The notes beneath the pieces were generated by a model. That model saw only the letters and a list, made by a program, of their open reading frames with translations. It had not been told where the DNA came from and did not search any database. A DNA stretch of 64,000 nt from NCBI GenBank assembly GCA_001657315.1, contig LYSV01000022.1:1309-65308 (forward strand). Reading direction: 5' to 3'. Source of the stretch: Flammeovirgaceae bacterium BBD 1991-12. Lineage in GTDB: Bacteria; Bacteroidota; Bacteroidia; Cytophagales; Cyclobacteriaceae. How positions within the stretch are numbered: position 1 is the first letter of the stretch; the number at the start of each line of letters is the position of its first letter. Below are positions 31,582 to 40,099 of the stretch, piece by piece. The position numbers and the translations under genes were made by a program.

Positions 31582-32570
31582 GGCTTTCCTATTAGTTCGT
31601 TCGCAAAACGGTGAGCGTCCAACTGCATGGCGTGTGCACGCGTAAGATTACGGCCGTTATGACGGATCTTGTCGCCCTCCATATATTCGTTGTACCTGCC
31701 CACCAGCAGGGACTTACCTTCGGTATTCAGGGAATATCCGTTGGTGATCCGGTCGGTATGGGCCTTATTGATCTGCTTTCCGGAAAAAAGCCGGTATACC
31801 ACACGTTCGGCATGTATACGGTACGGTTCTATGAAGTCATAGACAAAGCTCAGTTGGTTGTAGTCGTCCCGGTGCATGAAGCCGAGGTAAGGGTCCAGCC
31901 CCGCGATGATCAGCACTTTTTCCACCCTCCCATAGAGCATACCATAGGCATAGTTCAGAAATGCATTGAAAGGATCAGCAGCCGGCCGGAAGCTGCGCCC
32001 CCTGAAGCAGTACTCTTCCGAAAGCAGGGTGCTTAGTGTTTCGAAATAATATCTCCCTGCCGTACCTTCCAGCCCGCGCAGGGTGTCTGCCACGGCCTGT
32101 ACATCCTTGCCGGAGGTAGCTGCTATTTTGGAGGCCTGGCTGTCCAGCTTATCCACAGCTTTTTGTATTAAGTCTGCCCTGGTTTTTCGGTGCTTTTTCA
32201 GGTCCATCAGGAATTCCCGTTGGTTGGTGATCTTACTGGTGAGCCATTCGAGGATCCATTTCAGCCCGGTTTCGTTGAGACTGGCTTCCAGTTGGGCTTT
32301 ACGGATCTTTGTGGTGCTGCCCAGCTTGCTGTGCCATACCCTGCCGAAGGGTTGACCGTCGTATTCCACAAAGACGATGTCCACGTTGAACATCATGCCC
32401 AGCTTGATGGCATCGGTACTGAGGGCGGCCTGGGTGGCAATGAGGATGGAAGCGACCTTTTGGGCAGCAAAGAGATGTTTCTTTACTTCACCGTCCTTTT
32501 TTAAACGGACCTCGAACATCTTATCCTTTACATGAAGATAGGCGCCGGGGGTGTTCAGGTGGAGTTGCAT
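31578..32570 (-). CDS. cas1: CRISPR-associated endonuclease Cas1
   Basis: 330 aa with the Cas1 layout: an N-terminal beta domain and a C-terminal helical domain with LRGLEGTAGRYYF, NAFLNYAYGML and DPYLGFMH motifs. Confidence 0.95.
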   Translation of the reverse strand: MQLHLNTPGAYLHVKDKMFEVRLKKDGEVKKHLFAAQKVASILIATQAALSTDAIKLGMMFNVDIVFVEYDGQPFGRVWHSKLGSTTKIRKAQLEASLNETGLKWILEWLTSKITNQREFLMDLKKHRKTRADLIQKAVDKLDSQASKIAATSGKDVQAVADTLRGLEGTAGRYYFETLSTLLSEEYCFRGRSFRPAADPFNAFLNYAYGMLYGRVEKVLIIAGLDPYLGFMHRDDYNQLSFVYDFIEPYRIHAERVVYRLFSGKQINKAHTDRITNGYSLNTEGKSLLVGRYNEYMEGDKIRHNGRNLTRAHAMQLDAHRFANELIGKP

Positions 32571-32602
32571 GATCGTATACTTTTTTAGTCATAAAGTCGG
32601 TA

Positions 32603-33268
32603 TTAGGACACGCGCGCGATGACGCCGTAGCCTCTCGAAACAGATTTGCCAAGCCCGATATAGTCTGGTAGCAGGATGTTGGCAGTGAACCGGCCCGAAA
32701 AGGCAAACATTCGCTGGTCCTTGAACCGGGTTTTCGAGGGGCTCACGGTCAGTTGCACCAGCAGGCGCTGGGCAGACTCGAGGTAAATATCCAATCCTTT
32801 TAAAAAGGACAAGACATTACCGATGAGGATACGCTTGAGGTGTTGTTGTCTGCCGGGTTCGTCTGCTTTCATGTATTCCCGGTAGTTTTTCTGGTTAAGG
32901 CCCATCCAGAGGGTCTTAAAGGCATAGGTATGCAGATCCTGACCTACCTCAGGCTGCCACTGACGGCTCACAATGTTTTTGGTATGTATCGGAATGACCT
33001 CGTCGTCCAGTTTCAGTTCTCTTACTTTGGTGAACAGGCTGGCCAGCAACTCAGCGCCCTCACCGAGGCCAATAAGGCAGGGGATCTTGTCGATCACCTT
33101 GTACTGTACCAGAGGATAGCGGTACCGGAGCGAGCCGTCTTCCAGGTGGTTGTGCAGCAGGGGAGAGTGCTCTCGGAAAAGGGTGCCGAAATAGCCCCGA
33201 AGCTTATGCCCTGCTGAGGGATGGAGACTCAGCTCGGGGAAGGTGATATGGGCAATGGGAATAGTCAT
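32603..33268 (-). CDS. cas6: CRISPR-associated endoribonuclease Cas6
   Basis: A RAMP fold with AGHKLRGYFG near the N-terminus and a C-terminal glycine-rich loop (GLGKSVSRGYG). The ATG at 33268 is used here. The track TTG at 33286 would overlap the upstream stop by 4 nt. Confidence 0.8.
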   Translation of the reverse strand: MTIPIAHITFPELSLHPSAGHKLRGYFGTLFREHSPLLHNHLEDGSLRYRYPLVQYKVIDKIPCLIGLGEGAELLASLFTKVRELKLDDEVIPIHTKNIVSRQWQPEVGQDLHTYAFKTLWMGLNQKNYREYMKADEPGRQQHLKRILIGNVLSFLKGLDIYLESAQRLLVQLTVSPSKTRFKDQRMFAFSGRFTANILLPDYIGLGKSVSRGYGVIARVS

Positions 33269-33282
33269 GGGCAGTACGCTGT

Positions 33283-33939
33283 TCAATTAAAATAGTCGGC
33301 TGTACTGAGTGACCAGTCGCCCGAATAGAACAGTCCTTCCAGCGCTTCATTGATGGCCGTGAGGTCAACAGTATCCGGGTCGTACTTTTCACGGGAAGAA
33401 AGTCCCATCCATTCCCGCATTTCCATGTGCTCCGGATGTTTTTTATTGGTGATGATCTCCAGAAATTCTGCATACCCCCATGGGCCTCCCACATCTTCCG
33501 GCGGGCAGGCTCCACAGGCCTCCACGCAAAGGGGTGACCCTTTCCAGACCTGCAGGTCTTTTTTGGTGGGTTTCTGGAAAGTGATCCTATGCCACCAGTC
33601 GTCGCCGAAGTCATACCAGTACCAGAAGGGCTTTCGTTGTCCTGCCATCTCGAAGCTCTCCTGCAGCATCACATTATCTGCCGGATAGGCATCGAAGTGA
33701 CGTGCGAAGAAATTGTCATCATCATATGGTATGTTGGCCACAAAGGATGGGTCGTACTGTTTGTCCTGGAACTGGAACAAATGAGCAAACTCCCATCCCA
33801 TGGTCACCTGAATGATGAAGTGGAGTTGCAGCATGTTGATATTTTCCGGTACCAACACTCTGCGGTAAATGCTGTGGGGCATGTTCTCAAGGTTGATCTT
33901 TAGCTTGAGGGGAGGTGGGTGGAGAGGGATGGTTTTCAT
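33283..33939 (-). CDS. MM3350-like / plasmid pRiA4b ORF-3-like (PRiA4_ORF3) domain protein, function unknown
   Basis: 218 aa with the family signatures YWYDFGDDWWHRITF and CPPEDVGGPWGY. It lies between cas3 and cas6 on the same strand, with gaps of 42 bp and 15 bp or less. Confidence 0.85.
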   Translation of the reverse strand: MKTIPLHPPPLKLKINLENMPHSIYRRVLVPENINMLQLHFIIQVTMGWEFAHLFQFQDKQYDPSFVANIPYDDDNFFARHFDAYPADNVMLQESFEMAGQRKPFWYWYDFGDDWWHRITFQKPTKKDLQVWKGSPLCVEACGACPPEDVGGPWGYAEFLEIITNKKHPEHMEMREWMGLSSREKYDPDTVDLTAINEALEGLFYSGDWSLSTADYFN

Positions 33940-33981
33940 GGTTTACAAATTATTACTATCAAAAGCTAGAATTCAATTCAT

Positions 33982-36378
33982 CTAAAGAGAAATTGACGAT
34001 AACTTATCATAAACATATCCTTCATTTTTTTGAATGTTTGAACTATCATAACTATAAATTTTAAAATTTTGGTTATTGTCGTCATTACATAAATAAAATC
34101 CATTATAAGGTTCAATAGGCAACTCTAAAGAAGTTTGATTATGTGGTATCGGGACGTTTATCACATAATCATAAAATTTTGACTTTATTGTTGAAAATAA
34201 TTTTCTTCGATCAAAATGAGAAAGAGATTCATCCTCACTGATCCTGACAAACTCGCCCCATAATTCTTTGGCCTCGTTGTTCAAAGCTATGAATAGCGAT
34301 TCAGACTTTATTTCCTCTATTAATTCGAACTCTCCTACTGCTTTAAATTCCAGATTTAGCAAATGATTTAGTAACTGTTTATCTGAATGATCGGACAAAT
34401 CCTTTACTTGTTCAAAATAACTCTCTATAAGAGGAAGGTAGTTCTTCTCCTCAATAACTTCCACATTACCAATAACAAGCTCTGTTTTAATCATCAGGTC
34501 TTTCCCATAAAGCTTGCATGAAGAATTGTACTGTTCATCAATTTTATAAAGAAAAACATCACTTAAGGTGTGTTTTTCAGAATACCTATTTGCCCGTCCG
34601 GCTGCCTGAACAATAGAATCCAGAGGAGCCAATGCACGAAATATAGTGTCCACGGAGATATCTACTCCTGCTTCGATAAGTTGGGTACTTGCAATAATGT
34701 AACGTTTACCAGGGTCCCTCTTTTCGAGTTCGTTTATGATTTTCTTACGTTCATAGGGTGTTATTAATGTGGTCAAATAACGTAATTGGCTTCCATCAGA
34801 GAGCCTTTTTTTAAGTTCCCGAAAACACTTCAATGTGACTTTCTTGGTATTTAGTATAATTAAGATATCCTTTTGAGGGTTCTTTTCAGCATAAACTAAA
34901 ACCTCATCCAGAAAATCCTCCATTGGGATAGATGTATTTGTTTTATTGACAAGTCTTGTTCTATTGAAAAGCGAAAAATATTTCTGGTAATCAGGCACCA
35001 ATTCCTCAATTTCTCTATTAGGGTAAAAAATTAAAGGCTGTGTTGCTGATATCAATACAACATAGCAGTTGAGCTGTTTCGTGATTGTGAAAAATGCTTG
35101 CCGTATTGTCGGCCATAAATTATAGGGAATTTGCTGAACTTCGTCTAAAAGAATGATAGAATTGGAAAGAGAAGAGAACTTCAACAACTTACTCTTGTTA
35201 TTTGTGATTAAGCATTCCAATAATTGAACAAAAGTTGTACAAATTACTGCGCTTTGCCATGTTTCAATTAAGTATTGACTTTCATCTTCATTCCTTATTG
35301 AGTCTTCTCCCTCTTTATATTTTTGTTCGGCAAGATGATGGTGCTTCAATAACATTGTGCTATCCGGGTTATTAAAGACTTTCTCATAAACCTGATAGTT
35401 CTGGTCAATGATACTTGTAAAAGGAATGGCAATTATGATTCTCCCATCTTCTAGTCTCGCTAACGATTTAAGTTTCAGAGCTGCTCCCAGGGATGTAAGT
35501 GTTTTGCCTAATCCGGTGGGTAGAGTTATTGAATAAAATCTTTTCTCTTTGTTAAATTCCTTTTCGAGTTGGTTAAGAACAGAAAAAAAAGATTCGTTTT
35601 TGTATTGATCCAGCTTAGAACTCGGTTGATCGAATCCTTCTAAACGTCTGTATTCATTCAAACATTCGAATCCAGGAAGTGCCAGAGTTGGGAAAGAACC
35701 TTCCAATATAACATCAGCCTTGTCAGAATAAAGAAGAGTACCGAACATCCATAGAAAAAAGTAATAGGCGGATGATTTTTGCGGATCGTCCCAATCACTG
35801 AATTGTCCCAGCTCAAAGTCCAGATATTCGAAATTAGCCTCTTGTTCAAAACCACCACAATTGAACCATGCAATAAAATCGTTCCACTGAACACTAAAAT
35901 CAACCTGAGAGAGACATTCATCGATTATGTCCTGTACATCTGTGGTAGGTATCGAAGCATATTGTTTCTCTAAGTCACTTTCTTTATAGCCTATAGAAAT
36001 CTCTTCTTTAAAATCAAGAAGGTGGCCATGATGCCTTTTTACCACTGTAAAGCATACAGATGCTAAAAAGAAACTTTGCGCTTTTTCCTTGGAAAGGGAT
36101 TCGATAAATTTTTTCACAACGAAGAAAACAAACACAGCCGAAGGAAGGGCATGGTTTTTCAAAGCCGAATGTTCGGCTTGTGGATTTTTCAGATATTCTT
36201 GAAAATATGAGGTGGCTTTACCCAGATCATGAAAAACACCACAGATATATACAAGTGCCTCCTTCGTATTTTGTGAAAATCCAAAATCGGTAGTAGCGGA
36301 TTGTGCAATTTTCAAACAGTTAGAAGCAACTGCTTTTAAATGCTTAATTAAAGGAACTCCTGGGTGAGATTCAATCAT
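33982..36378 (-). CDS. cas3: CRISPR-associated helicase/nuclease Cas3 (HD domain fused to SF2 helicase)
   Basis: 798 aa with an N-terminal HD nuclease (HLKAV.., GVFHDLGK), helicase motif I (PTGLGKT), motif II (LLDEVQ) and a C-terminal helicase lobe (QAAGRANR). Confidence 0.93.
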   Translation of the reverse strand: MIESHPGVPLIKHLKAVASNCLKIAQSATTDFGFSQNTKEALVYICGVFHDLGKATSYFQEYLKNPQAEHSALKNHALPSAVFVFFVVKKFIESLSKEKAQSFFLASVCFTVVKRHHGHLLDFKEEISIGYKESDLEKQYASIPTTDVQDIIDECLSQVDFSVQWNDFIAWFNCGGFEQEANFEYLDFELGQFSDWDDPQKSSAYYFFLWMFGTLLYSDKADVILEGSFPTLALPGFECLNEYRRLEGFDQPSSKLDQYKNESFFSVLNQLEKEFNKEKRFYSITLPTGLGKTLTSLGAALKLKSLARLEDGRIIIAIPFTSIIDQNYQVYEKVFNNPDSTMLLKHHHLAEQKYKEGEDSIRNEDESQYLIETWQSAVICTTFVQLLECLITNNKSKLLKFSSLSNSIILLDEVQQIPYNLWPTIRQAFFTITKQLNCYVVLISATQPLIFYPNREIEELVPDYQKYFSLFNRTRLVNKTNTSIPMEDFLDEVLVYAEKNPQKDILIILNTKKVTLKCFRELKKRLSDGSQLRYLTTLITPYERKKIINELEKRDPGKRYIIASTQLIEAGVDISVDTIFRALAPLDSIVQAAGRANRYSEKHTLSDVFLYKIDEQYNSSCKLYGKDLMIKTELVIGNVEVIEEKNYLPLIESYFEQVKDLSDHSDKQLLNHLLNLEFKAVGEFELIEEIKSESLFIALNNEAKELWGEFVRISEDESLSHFDRRKLFSTIKSKFYDYVINVPIPHNQTSLELPIEPYNGFYLCNDDNNQNFKIYSYDSSNIQKNEGYVYDKLSSISL

Positions 36379-36381
36379 TCC

Positions 36382-37143
36382 TTACAATAGTTGAATATTT
36401 CCTTCACCTTCAACTTCATACGAAGAGTCATTTACTTTTGACATAACTGTTTTGCCTGTAGTTTCTACCAGTATTTCTCCATATCGGGTGATGATCCTGC
36501 TGTGCAGCATTTCAATGGGTAGCGTTTCTACTTGGATCTGGAGTGTTTTCATCGATTTAAAATCTACAGGAGAACTCTCCTTGTTTAAGGAGGAAAGATT
36601 AATTGCAGAATAAAAAGGGAGGAAGTCACGGCTTTCTATTTTCTCTGCCCTCTTCTCACCTACCCAAATGACATTGGCTGTAAATTGACTGAGCCCCAAA
36701 TAGGGATTGAAATGAAAGTGTGTGGTTTTAATCCGCTCAATTAATTCATTCCTTCTCGGATGCTTCCAATCGAGATAAATTCTATACAGTGGTTTTTTTA
36801 GCAGTTCATACTCAATTTGTGTCCTGTTTGTAATGTTAAAAAAGGTTTGTGGAGAGCCCGTATCCAACAAATTAAACCCTACATTGACTTTGTTGACTTT
36901 ATTCAATACACGAACACCAATCCTGGCTTTTTGAGAAGAGAAAACCTGGCGAAGAGACTCATTCCCTTCTCGTATGTTTCCTTTACTATCTTCTCTTTCA
37001 ATACCTAGAATTGCTCCTAATAATCCTGCCACGGCTGTAGGGGTAGGAATGCAATAGGACAGTGGAGAAGTCGTGACATTGAACTTTCTGAAGTGACCGT
37101 ATTCAGCTGAAATGTCAAATACAATAAACGGGCTAGAGTTCAT
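36382..37143 (-). CDS. cas5: CRISPR-associated protein Cas5 (type I-B)
   Basis: 253 aa with the N-terminal Cas5 signature (AEYGHFRKFNVTTSPLSYCIPTPTAVAGLLGAILG). Confidence 0.85.
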   Translation of the reverse strand: MNSSPFIVFDISAEYGHFRKFNVTTSPLSYCIPTPTAVAGLLGAILGIEREDSKGNIREGNESLRQVFSSQKARIGVRVLNKVNKVNVGFNLLDTGSPQTFFNITNRTQIEYELLKKPLYRIYLDWKHPRRNELIERIKTTHFHFNPYLGLSQFTANVIWVGEKRAEKIESRDFLPFYSAINLSSLNKESSPVDFKSMKTLQIQVETLPIEMLHSRIITRYGEILVETTGKTVMSKVNDSSYEVEGEGNIQLL

Positions 37144-38044
37144 TTATAAGGCCATTTTTCAACTCAACGGATTGGTCTCCATCCAGTATTTTAAGCCTGG
37201 GATCTACCTGGACTAATATGTTTTCAATTTTATCGGAATTTTCTCTTAAGGCATTCCTGATTTTTGAAATGTCCAATGCATAATCCTCAGTGCCTCTGAT
37301 TTGAAGATCATTTTTATCTGTTCTCAGTTTTAAAAGCTGTCTTAGTCCACCAATATAGAAGGGTTCCTTGTAGTTGACAATTAGCAGCAGCATAGGTACC
37401 TGTCCAAACTTGGAACGGGAGATCAAATTCTTGGTTCCATTCCATATGCCATCAATTAAAAGATCTTTGTCCTCTTCGGTCATAGAGGTGTATTGAGCCG
37501 CTTTTTCATTTATGATGCCATTAAAGCCAATTAATGCATAGGGTACTTTATATTCTATTCTAAAGGTGGCTTGTCCTTTCTTTTCGCCTGATGCAAAAGC
37601 CCCAGTGCCCTGTTCTGTTACGATATCTACCTCATGAAGTGATTTCCCCATTTGAAATTGGGTAGGACCTGTAAATGTGAATGTATCTCCCTTAATGGGT
37701 AAGATCCCACCAAACACTCTAACATCAATACAGGTTTCCAGAACTTTGTCTTTACTTTCTTTGAATATTTCAGCACGTTGCTTTCCAGAAGTCACAAAAC
37801 TTTTCCCATCTATTTCATACTTTGTTTCTCTTACAAAAATGTCTTTGCCATTAGAGCCGTTAAAACCTTTGTATTCAAACCAATAATCCCTGATAGTTCT
37901 CTTCAGTCTTACGTCTGATACCAATACCTTATTATCTTCGGTATCAAACCTGGGACGATTTTCATTCAATGGATCTCCATTGGGGTTTGCATTTTCTATT
38001 TCATAAAGAAATAGAATTTCTGATCTCGTATTGATTGTATCCAT
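37133..38044 (-). CDS. cas7: CRISPR-associated protein Cas7 (Csh2/Cas7b-type backbone subunit)
   Basis: 303 aa with an N-terminal NANPNGDPLNENRPR motif and VSDVRLKRTIRDYW, typical of the type I-B/I-C Cas7 family. Confidence 0.9.
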   Translation of the reverse strand: MDTINTRSEILFLYEIENANPNGDPLNENRPRFDTEDNKVLVSDVRLKRTIRDYWFEYKGFNGSNGKDIFVRETKYEIDGKSFVTSGKQRAEIFKESKDKVLETCIDVRVFGGILPIKGDTFTFTGPTQFQMGKSLHEVDIVTEQGTGAFASGEKKGQATFRIEYKVPYALIGFNGIINEKAAQYTSMTEEDKDLLIDGIWNGTKNLISRSKFGQVPMLLLIVNYKEPFYIGGLRQLLKLRTDKNDLQIRGTEDYALDISKIRNALRENSDKIENILVQVDPRLKILDGDQSVELKNGLINEL

Positions 38045-38049
38045 AATAT

Positions 38050-39918
38050 TTATGATTGATTCTGTGCTTTCTTCTCTGGTTTAAACTTTCTTCCTAATTC
38101 CAATCCACTCACGAAATAAAATGATATTTCCTGATTAGTCATTTTTTTGACCTCTGTAAAGTTGATACTGAAATTATCGGTTACATACTCCCTAAGTTCT
38201 TGATATTTATACACTGAAAAGTATTGGTTGAGTTTATCAAGTCCCTCCAAGAATATTTTTTGAATATCCTTTGCCGAAAGGTTTAATCCTTTCAATTTTT
38301 TTTCAAACGGAGTGTTTTTTAATTCTATGTACTGCTTGTCCAGTACTAGCCTAATTAAAACTCCAATGCTGAAAATTCCAGCAATATGATTGGCATAGAT
38401 AAATTCTTTATTTCTGTTTAAAAATGATTTGAGATTTTCTAATAACTCATGGCCTACATTTGAACTTTCTTTTTTTTCTTCTTCTGTTTCAGGAATCATA
38501 ATGGTATAATTTGGGGTAATTACAACGTTTAATTTTTCAAGGTAACGAAGGACAAGATGTGCTTTGAGGAGAATCAATGAACTATCTTCAACAAAACCAT
38601 CATCTGTCATTCTCTTATTATGGTTCTTTCTAATAACATCCATAAACCTGCTTAATAAATCTGCCCTATTAAGGTTTTGGCCCTGAAAAACCTTGTAGAT
38701 AATATCATAGAAACTGTCTTCAAAAAATTGTTTGATAAGACCAAAGCCAAATCTCAGGTCCACTTTTTCCTTTGCATTAAAATTATAGTCGGCATTTAAG
38801 TAGAGGGGGTGATTATTGATGGAATTTGGCACTTCAATGAACAAGGTTCTGAACCTGGAAGGAGGGATTTCCTCCAGCATCAACTTAATTTTGATGGCCT
38901 TTGTAGTGGGATTTTCTTCATAAAAAAGTAAATCCAGAGTGAAAAAATTTTCCAATCCTCCAATTTGCTCCATCAGGTAGTCCTCTCTTCTTTCTATGTC
39001 TTTTTTTTTCTCATCGCTACCTGCCTGATATGTCAACTCCTTAAAAAGGTTAAGCGCCTTTTTCAGATTGGCTTTGTCATCGGGTAAAATAGTCTTCGGA
39101 ATGAGAAAATATCTCTTCCCAAAGAAGCTTCTTGATAAATATTTTTGAATATAATTTTTGCCCAACTCAAATTCCAGGGCACAATCTTCGCAAATAGGGT
39201 AGTTAATCCAGTTGTTCTTCTGATTGAAAAAACCACTCACAGTTCCGGGTTTATCAACAGTGGCGTATTTAAAGGGTGAGGCGAAACCATACAATGTATC
39301 TTTTTGGAAGCCACAAATTGAACAAGTGTTGTTCTGCCCTACAGAAGTAACATTGTACTTGTTCTTCTTCCCATCTGTCCCGCTCAGGAGTATTTGTTTT
39401 TGAACGGATTTATAATCGACTAGTAAGCTTTTCCTTCCGTCGGATTCAAGAACAAGTGTAAAGGCACTTTTTTGCTGTTCTTTTTTGTCCAGCCCGGCGT
39501 GAAAAGTGGCCAGATCCTTTTGTATTTGATCTTGATTTTGCTCAAATGCATTTTTCCATTCCTTAAACAGCTTATATTCTTCGGGTATGTCCTTTGCAAT
39601 TTCCAATAATGATGGCCATTGCGTGTTGAGAAGAACCCCGAATTTCTTATCAAGATCGCCAAACTTGGTTGTGAAGGTCACATCTCCTCCTCGAGGTGAT
39701 CCCTTTCTATATCCATATCGTTGATAGTTATCAACGTTTACTTTGTCAATATCTACGTGCTTATAATGAAGTTCTTCCTCTCTTTTCTCAAAGATGATCA
39801 AAGCCATAAAACAAACATTTCCGGGAGTGATCTCCTGGACATAAAGCTGATAAGGCTTTATGTCAGTACGATTGCTTAATTCCAACTTCCCGATTTCAGT
39901 GATTGCTCTATCTTGCAC
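38050..39918 (-). CDS. cas8b: type I-B large subunit Cas8b-like protein
   Basis: 622 aa (GTG start in the track), first gene of the effector operon, upstream of cas7-cas5-cas3. It has a central Cys pair cluster (CSICGF ... CEDCA) as in TM1802/Cas8b-type large subunits. The call rests mainly on position and size. Confidence 0.7.
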   Translation of the reverse strand: MQDRAITEIGKLELSNRTDIKPYQLYVQEITPGNVCFMALIIFEKREEELHYKHVDIDKVNVDNYQRYGYRKGSPRGGDVTFTTKFGDLDKKFGVLLNTQWPSLLEIAKDIPEEYKLFKEWKNAFEQNQDQIQKDLATFHAGLDKKEQQKSAFTLVLESDGRKSLLVDYKSVQKQILLSGTDGKKNKYNVTSVGQNNTCSICGFQKDTLYGFASPFKYATVDKPGTVSGFFNQKNNWINYPICEDCALEFELGKNYIQKYLSRSFFGKRYFLIPKTILPDDKANLKKALNLFKELTYQAGSDEKKKDIERREDYLMEQIGGLENFFTLDLLFYEENPTTKAIKIKLMLEEIPPSRFRTLFIEVPNSINNHPLYLNADYNFNAKEKVDLRFGFGLIKQFFEDSFYDIIYKVFQGQNLNRADLLSRFMDVIRKNHNKRMTDDGFVEDSSLILLKAHLVLRYLEKLNVVITPNYTIMIPETEEEKKESSNVGHELLENLKSFLNRNKEFIYANHIAGIFSIGVLIRLVLDKQYIELKNTPFEKKLKGLNLSAKDIQKIFLEGLDKLNQYFSVYKYQELREYVTDNFSINFTEVKKMTNQEISFYFVSGLELGRKFKPEKKAQNQS

Positions 39919-39931
39919 TCTTTAATTTTTA

Positions 39932-39948
39932 TGTGTAATTTTTGTTTA
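39932..39948. promoter_or_regulatory. putative partial protospacer (target of the crRNA-like element) in the cas8b 5' region
   Basis: TGTGTAATTTTTGTTTA matches 16 of the 17 nt that follow the degenerate repeat at 40046-40062. It lies 14-30 nt upstream of the cas8b start codon. Confidence 0.4.
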
Positions 39949-40029
39949 CGTTTTGATAAATCAAACTTGCATTATTATATTTGATTTTCCAAATCGTTTG
40001 CTCCAGGCCCTAGCCAAAAAGAGGAAACC

Positions 40030-40081
40030 TAAAATGGATTGAAACTGTGTCATTTTTGTTTAGATGACTCCATAAAAAGAA
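40030..40081 (+). ncRNA. candidate crRNA-like regulatory RNA (degenerate repeat 3' half plus psi-spacer; CreR/CreA-like)
   Basis: TAAAATGGATTGAAAC (40030-40045) matches 14/16 of the 3' end of the CRISPR repeat in its transcribed sense. A candidate promoter on the + strand is TTTG (39952-39955), a 20-nt spacer, then TATATTTG (39976-39983). The 3' end is undefined. Confidence 0.4.
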
Positions 40082-40099
40082 GGCTTGTACAAGATTCCA

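Noticed and set aside
40075-40090. Possible second degenerate repeat (AAAGAAGGCTTGTACA, 11/16 match to the repeat 3' end) that would complete a mini-array
   Set aside because: The match is weak and the spacing is wrong, only 45 nt after the first repeat end versus a 72-74 nt period in the array. A full-length alignment in the expected register (40082-40118) gave 11/37 identities, which is about chance level.
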